A stretch of DNA of 64,000 bases from Candidatus Latescibacterota bacterium. Lineage in GTDB: Bacteria; Latescibacterota; UBA2968. The position numbers and the translations under genes were made by a program. The first letter of the stretch is position 1; each line of letters starts with the position of its first letter. Below, piece by piece: positions 60,703 through 64,000 of this stretch. The DNA is taken from NCBI GenBank assembly GCA_965222605.1, contig OZ244960.1, positions 5,344,001 to 5,408,000 on the forward strand. The letters are read 5' to 3'. The notes under the pieces are model-generated. The model saw only the letters and a list, made by a program, of their open reading frames with translations, was not told the DNA's origin and ran no database searches.

Positions 60703-61632
60703 CTATCCGATTCCGACGAAAACAAGCCCTGTGAAGATAATGGCGACCCCGAGGTATTTGGGTGTGTAGCCGGGTTCTTTGAGAAGGAGGATACCGAAAA
60801 TAGTGCCCAGGGGAATGCTGATCTGGCGAAAAGTAACGACATAGCTGACGTTTGAGACAAAGGCCAGGCTGATCAGGACCAGAGTATAAGCGGCGGCCAT
60901 GCCAGCGCCTGCCAGTAGGGCGCGAGATGTTCGCGTTCTCAGGATTTCCCGCATAAGGATGCGACCGCGTTCTCGAAATAGAACCCAAACGCCCAGCCAG
61001 AGAGAGGTAATGAGGCCTTCAAAAAAGGCGTAGAGAATCGTAGCCTGCCAGCCTGCAATGGGGAGGGAGGGAGAATCTCTGAGGAGACGCAAAGCCTCGT
61101 CGTCGATGATCGAATAACCGGCTGTGGCGAAGGCGGCCATCAATGCAAACAATACCGATGCATTCAGGTAGTTGTCAATATGGAAATTACTCAGATGCTT
61201 CATGGGCAGGACAAACATTCCAACGGCAACCAGAGCAATGCCCCAAATGCACTGTGCGCTGACCTGGTCTGCGCGGTCAAAAAAAAGCGTCACGATAATG
61301 GCCACGATGACCGGAGAGGACCGGGCGAGGGGGTAGAGGATAGACAGGTCTCCTCTCTGGTATGCGTTGGCCAACCCGAGGATGTAGATGGCCTGAAAAA
61401 TACCTGTTGCGATAAGCAAGAGCCATACGGAGGTAGGGAATGTGGGAATTGCCGAACCGAACAGGATGAGTGCGGGAACCAGGCACAGAGTTCCCAATGT
61501 GTTGACCAGGAGGAAGAAGGCAGAGGACGGATGTTCCCGCTTACACAACAGGTTCCAGCCCACATGAGTGAAGGCGGAGATGAGGATGAGGATGATGGCG
61601 GTGAGAGTCAAGGCGATATTTCTCGAATTCAA
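60703..61632 (-). CDS. EamA/DMT family transporter
   Basis: HVGWNLL, AYQRGDLSILYPLARS, about 10 TM segments. Confidence 0.88.
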   Translation of the reverse strand: MNSRNIALTLTAIILILISAFTHVGWNLLCKREHPSSAFFLLVNTLGTLCLVPALILFGSAIPTFPTSVWLLLIATGIFQAIYILGLANAYQRGDLSILYPLARSSPVIVAIIVTLFFDRADQVSAQCIWGIALVAVGMFVLPMKHLSNFHIDNYLNASVLFALMAAFATAGYSIIDDEALRLLRDSPSLPIAGWQATILYAFFEGLITSLWLGVWVLFRERGRILMREILRTRTSRALLAGAGMAAAYTLVLISLAFVSNVSYVVTFRQISIPLGTIFGILLLKEPGYTPKYLGVAIIFTGLVFVGIG

Positions 61633-61733
61633 TTGCCTGATGATGGCAGTACTGAAGTTGGCGGCTCGAAACAGGGATCTTATCGTAATGATTCTATACG
61701 ATGATGCACTCTGTGCCCGGGGTGCGTTCCGAT

Positions 61734-63029
61734 CTAACCGTCATCACGCCCATACGCACTCTCCCACGCCTTCACCCGTTCAAACAACACGCCCACGCGT
61801 TCTTGATATCTTTCATCCTCAATCCGATTATAAAACTCCTTCGGATCATTCACTAAATCATAATACTCTCCTGCCTCATCCTGATATACATTCAACTTTT
61901 CCGTCTCTGTCCGAATCATCTGAGTATTACCAATCTGACTGAATACCGCATCCCGCCAATCATCAGGGGGCGGCTCTCTATCCAGCAATGGTTTCAAAGA
62001 CCGTCCGTGTACAGAGTCAGGAACCTCAGCCCCAATCAGATCACAAATCGTCGGAAACAAATCAATGTGTTCTACCAGTTCCTCCCGTACCCCCGATCGC
62101 ATTCCTGGATCAGAAATCAGCAACGGCACATGCACCGAAGCCTCTCGCATATTAAACTTCAAAAACATCTCATGCTCCCACATCTGATCGCCGTGGTCTG
62201 CCGTCCAGATCACAATCGTCTCGTCCCTGATCCCCAACCGATCCAATGCATCTAAAACCATCCCACAATATCCATCCACAAGCTCAATCATCCCATAATA
62301 CCCCGCAATCACTTGCCTCAGTTCCACAGGTGTCAAATGCGTCCACTCTTTCCGTTTTCTCAAAATATCTTTGTGAGGCAACGGGGCATCAGCAGGTGCT
62401 TGCTCTGGTAATTCGATCTTTGACTGATCGATCTTTTCATAAATCTCTTTGGGCGGATAAAACGGGGGATGGGGCTCTGTAAAACTCGTCCAGGACAGAA
62501 ATTTCTCCCCTTTACTGACAGCCTCTTCAATCTGCCGAATTGACTCCGTCGCCACATGATATCCCCAATACTGTTCCCGACTTCGCGGACTTGGGCCGCC
62601 AGATGACCGCCGCAACACCGCCTCATTTTCCCAATCGTATCGGGCCAGCATATCCTCAGGCATTGTCTCGCGCCACATCTGTTGTGTAATCTCTGGCTCA
62701 TAGCCATTGTCCATATCGGGATCTTTCCAGTGCATATGGCCCAGATGAAAACGGCGATAATTCAAGGGTTGCACAGCGTGTGCAATCGTATACATCCCCG
62801 GATAAGGCATTGAGCTATTGGTAAAAACGCCCTGTGCATGTACATATTTGCCGGTTGCCAAACTGTGCCGCGCTGGCGCACACACAGGCGACTGTGTATA
62901 ACACCGGTCAAATCGCACACTCATTTCGGCCAGACGATCCAGATTGGGCGTATGTGCCAGTGGATTCCCCAGACACCCCAACGCATCAAATCTGTGATGG
63001 TCGCTCATCAAAACAAGCACATTCATCAA
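61734..63029 (-). CDS. Sulfatase (Cys-type)
   Basis: MSDHHR, SPVCAPARHSLATG, EPHPP, ADHG. Confidence 0.92.
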   Translation of the reverse strand: MMNVLVLMSDHHRFDALGCLGNPLAHTPNLDRLAEMSVRFDRCYTQSPVCAPARHSLATGKYVHAQGVFTNSSMPYPGMYTIAHAVQPLNYRRFHLGHMHWKDPDMDNGYEPEITQQMWRETMPEDMLARYDWENEAVLRRSSGGPSPRSREQYWGYHVATESIRQIEEAVSKGEKFLSWTSFTEPHPPFYPPKEIYEKIDQSKIELPEQAPADAPLPHKDILRKRKEWTHLTPVELRQVIAGYYGMIELVDGYCGMVLDALDRLGIRDETIVIWTADHGDQMWEHEMFLKFNMREASVHVPLLISDPGMRSGVREELVEHIDLFPTICDLIGAEVPDSVHGRSLKPLLDREPPPDDWRDAVFSQIGNTQMIRTETEKLNVYQDEAGEYYDLVNDPKEFYNRIEDERYQERVGVLFERVKAWESAYGRDDG

Positions 63030-63066
63030 TAAATCTCCTTTTAATTAAGATTCTTACAAGGAATAT

Positions 63067-64000
63067 TCAGGTTCCCGCCAACTCGAACTCACTCTCAAAC
63101 GCTGTCAGGGATTCCTGCATTTCACTTGCCAGTGCCCTCGAGTCGGGCGCTTCCGCCAGGTTCCTGGTCTCCCATGGATCCGCGTCCATATCGAAGAGCT
63201 GGATTATTGGATCGTCCTCATAGGTAATAAGCTTATGCGTGTCGGTGCGGAGCATTTTACCGCCTCCGGTGGCGTGTGCAACCACAAAATCCCGCCAATC
63301 TGGATTCTCCCCCTCAGCAATCGCACGCAGGCTGTATCCCCGCATCCTGGGAGGCGGCGAGATCCTGGCATAGTCACAAACTGTCGGAAAAACATCCACG
63401 CCCGATACGAGATGCTCCTGGTCGATCACCTGTTCCTCGATGTGACCGGGCCAACTCATGATAAAGGGTACCCGCACAGCCTCATCGTATAGAAAGCTCT
63501 TAAAGACCATTTTGTGCCGAAGATGCCCGTCCCCATGGTCGGACGTAAGGATCACGGCCGTATTGTCCTTAAATGCTGAGTTCTCGAGCGCGTCCAGGAT
63601 CAAGTCGATCTGCCCATCCACCTTTTCAATGTAGCGGTAATAGGTCCAGATATAGTATCGGAAGAGTTTCTCCTCCCACTTTTCCATACCCGATTCTTCG
63701 CCTCGGTCTGCCATTTTCTGATTCCGGGAATTCCTGACGCTTTCCGGCTCCGCCATGTCTGTCTCGAAATTGGGAGGCAGCGGAGGAAGATCGTCGATCT
63801 CGGGGAACGGCATCTTTCCATCATACATCGTATGCGTCAGCACGAAGGAGCAGATATCGTGCGGATTCAAGAGTCCGACTGACAGGAAGAAGGGTTCTTT
63901 CCTCTGGTAGTTCTGGAGAAACCCGATCGCACTGCGGGTCGAAACAATGTCTCCGGTTTCAGCCGTATTCCGCGGGTCGTTGCAGACATAGTGAAAACTC
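63067..64000 (-). CDS. Sulfatase, C-terminal part (5' end outside the window)
   Basis: NPHDIC, TSDHG, VRVPFI, LFDM..DPWET.NLA. Confidence 0.88.
   Translation of the reverse strand, partial: SFHYVCNDPRNTAETGDIVSTRSAIGFLQNYQRKEPFFLSVGLLNPHDICSFVLTHTMYDGKMPFPEIDDLPPLPPNFETDMAEPESVRNSRNQKMADRGEESGMEKWEEKLFRYYIWTYYRYIEKVDGQIDLILDALENSAFKDNTAVILTSDHGDGHLRHKMVFKSFLYDEAVRVPFIMSWPGHIEEQVIDQEHLVSGVDVFPTVCDYARISPPPRMRGYSLRAIAEGENPDWRDFVVAHATGGGKMLRTDTHKLITYEDDPIIQLFDMDADPWETRNLAEAPDSRALASEMQESLTAFESEFELAGT

Noticed and set aside
18800-64000. Canonical integron or prophage
   Set aside because: No tyrosine recombinase, no repeated attC family and no phage structural genes in the window

Overview
Bacterial chromosomal window of about 60 CDS with no rRNA, tRNA or CRISPR array. 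The gene content (four sulfatase-family genes, five PhyH-type dioxygenases, heparinase II/III, an agarase-like GH, a DUF6785 membrane protein) resembles marine or sponge-associated Latescibacterota/Poribacteria-like heterotrophs; this is inference only. 1-12.1 kb: sugar-acid and sulfated-glycan catabolic genes. 12.3-18.6 kb: an AAA ATPase + TOPRIM-like pair, then a helicase-polyprenyl synthase-transaldolase operon split by a 299-bp non-autonomous IS200/IS605-type element. That element keeps both ends, a sigma70 promoter and a structured reRNA/omegaRNA-like region whose predicted guide matches the exactly reconstructable empty site. 18.8-64 kb: a long, almost entirely minus-strand mosaic of small unrelated accessory genes (GNAT, NUDIX, VOC, HIT, GrpB, HAD, MTases, Sir2), three intact TA pairs, about five orphan antitoxin-like genes and two IS with clear IRs/TSDs. 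Many junctions carry short stumps of other genes' 3' ends right after a stop codon. In two cases the stump is a diverged direct repeat of sequence further upstream, which suggests the array grows by homology-anchored insertion rather than through a canonical integron. All product calls come from motif recognition by eye, without database searches.
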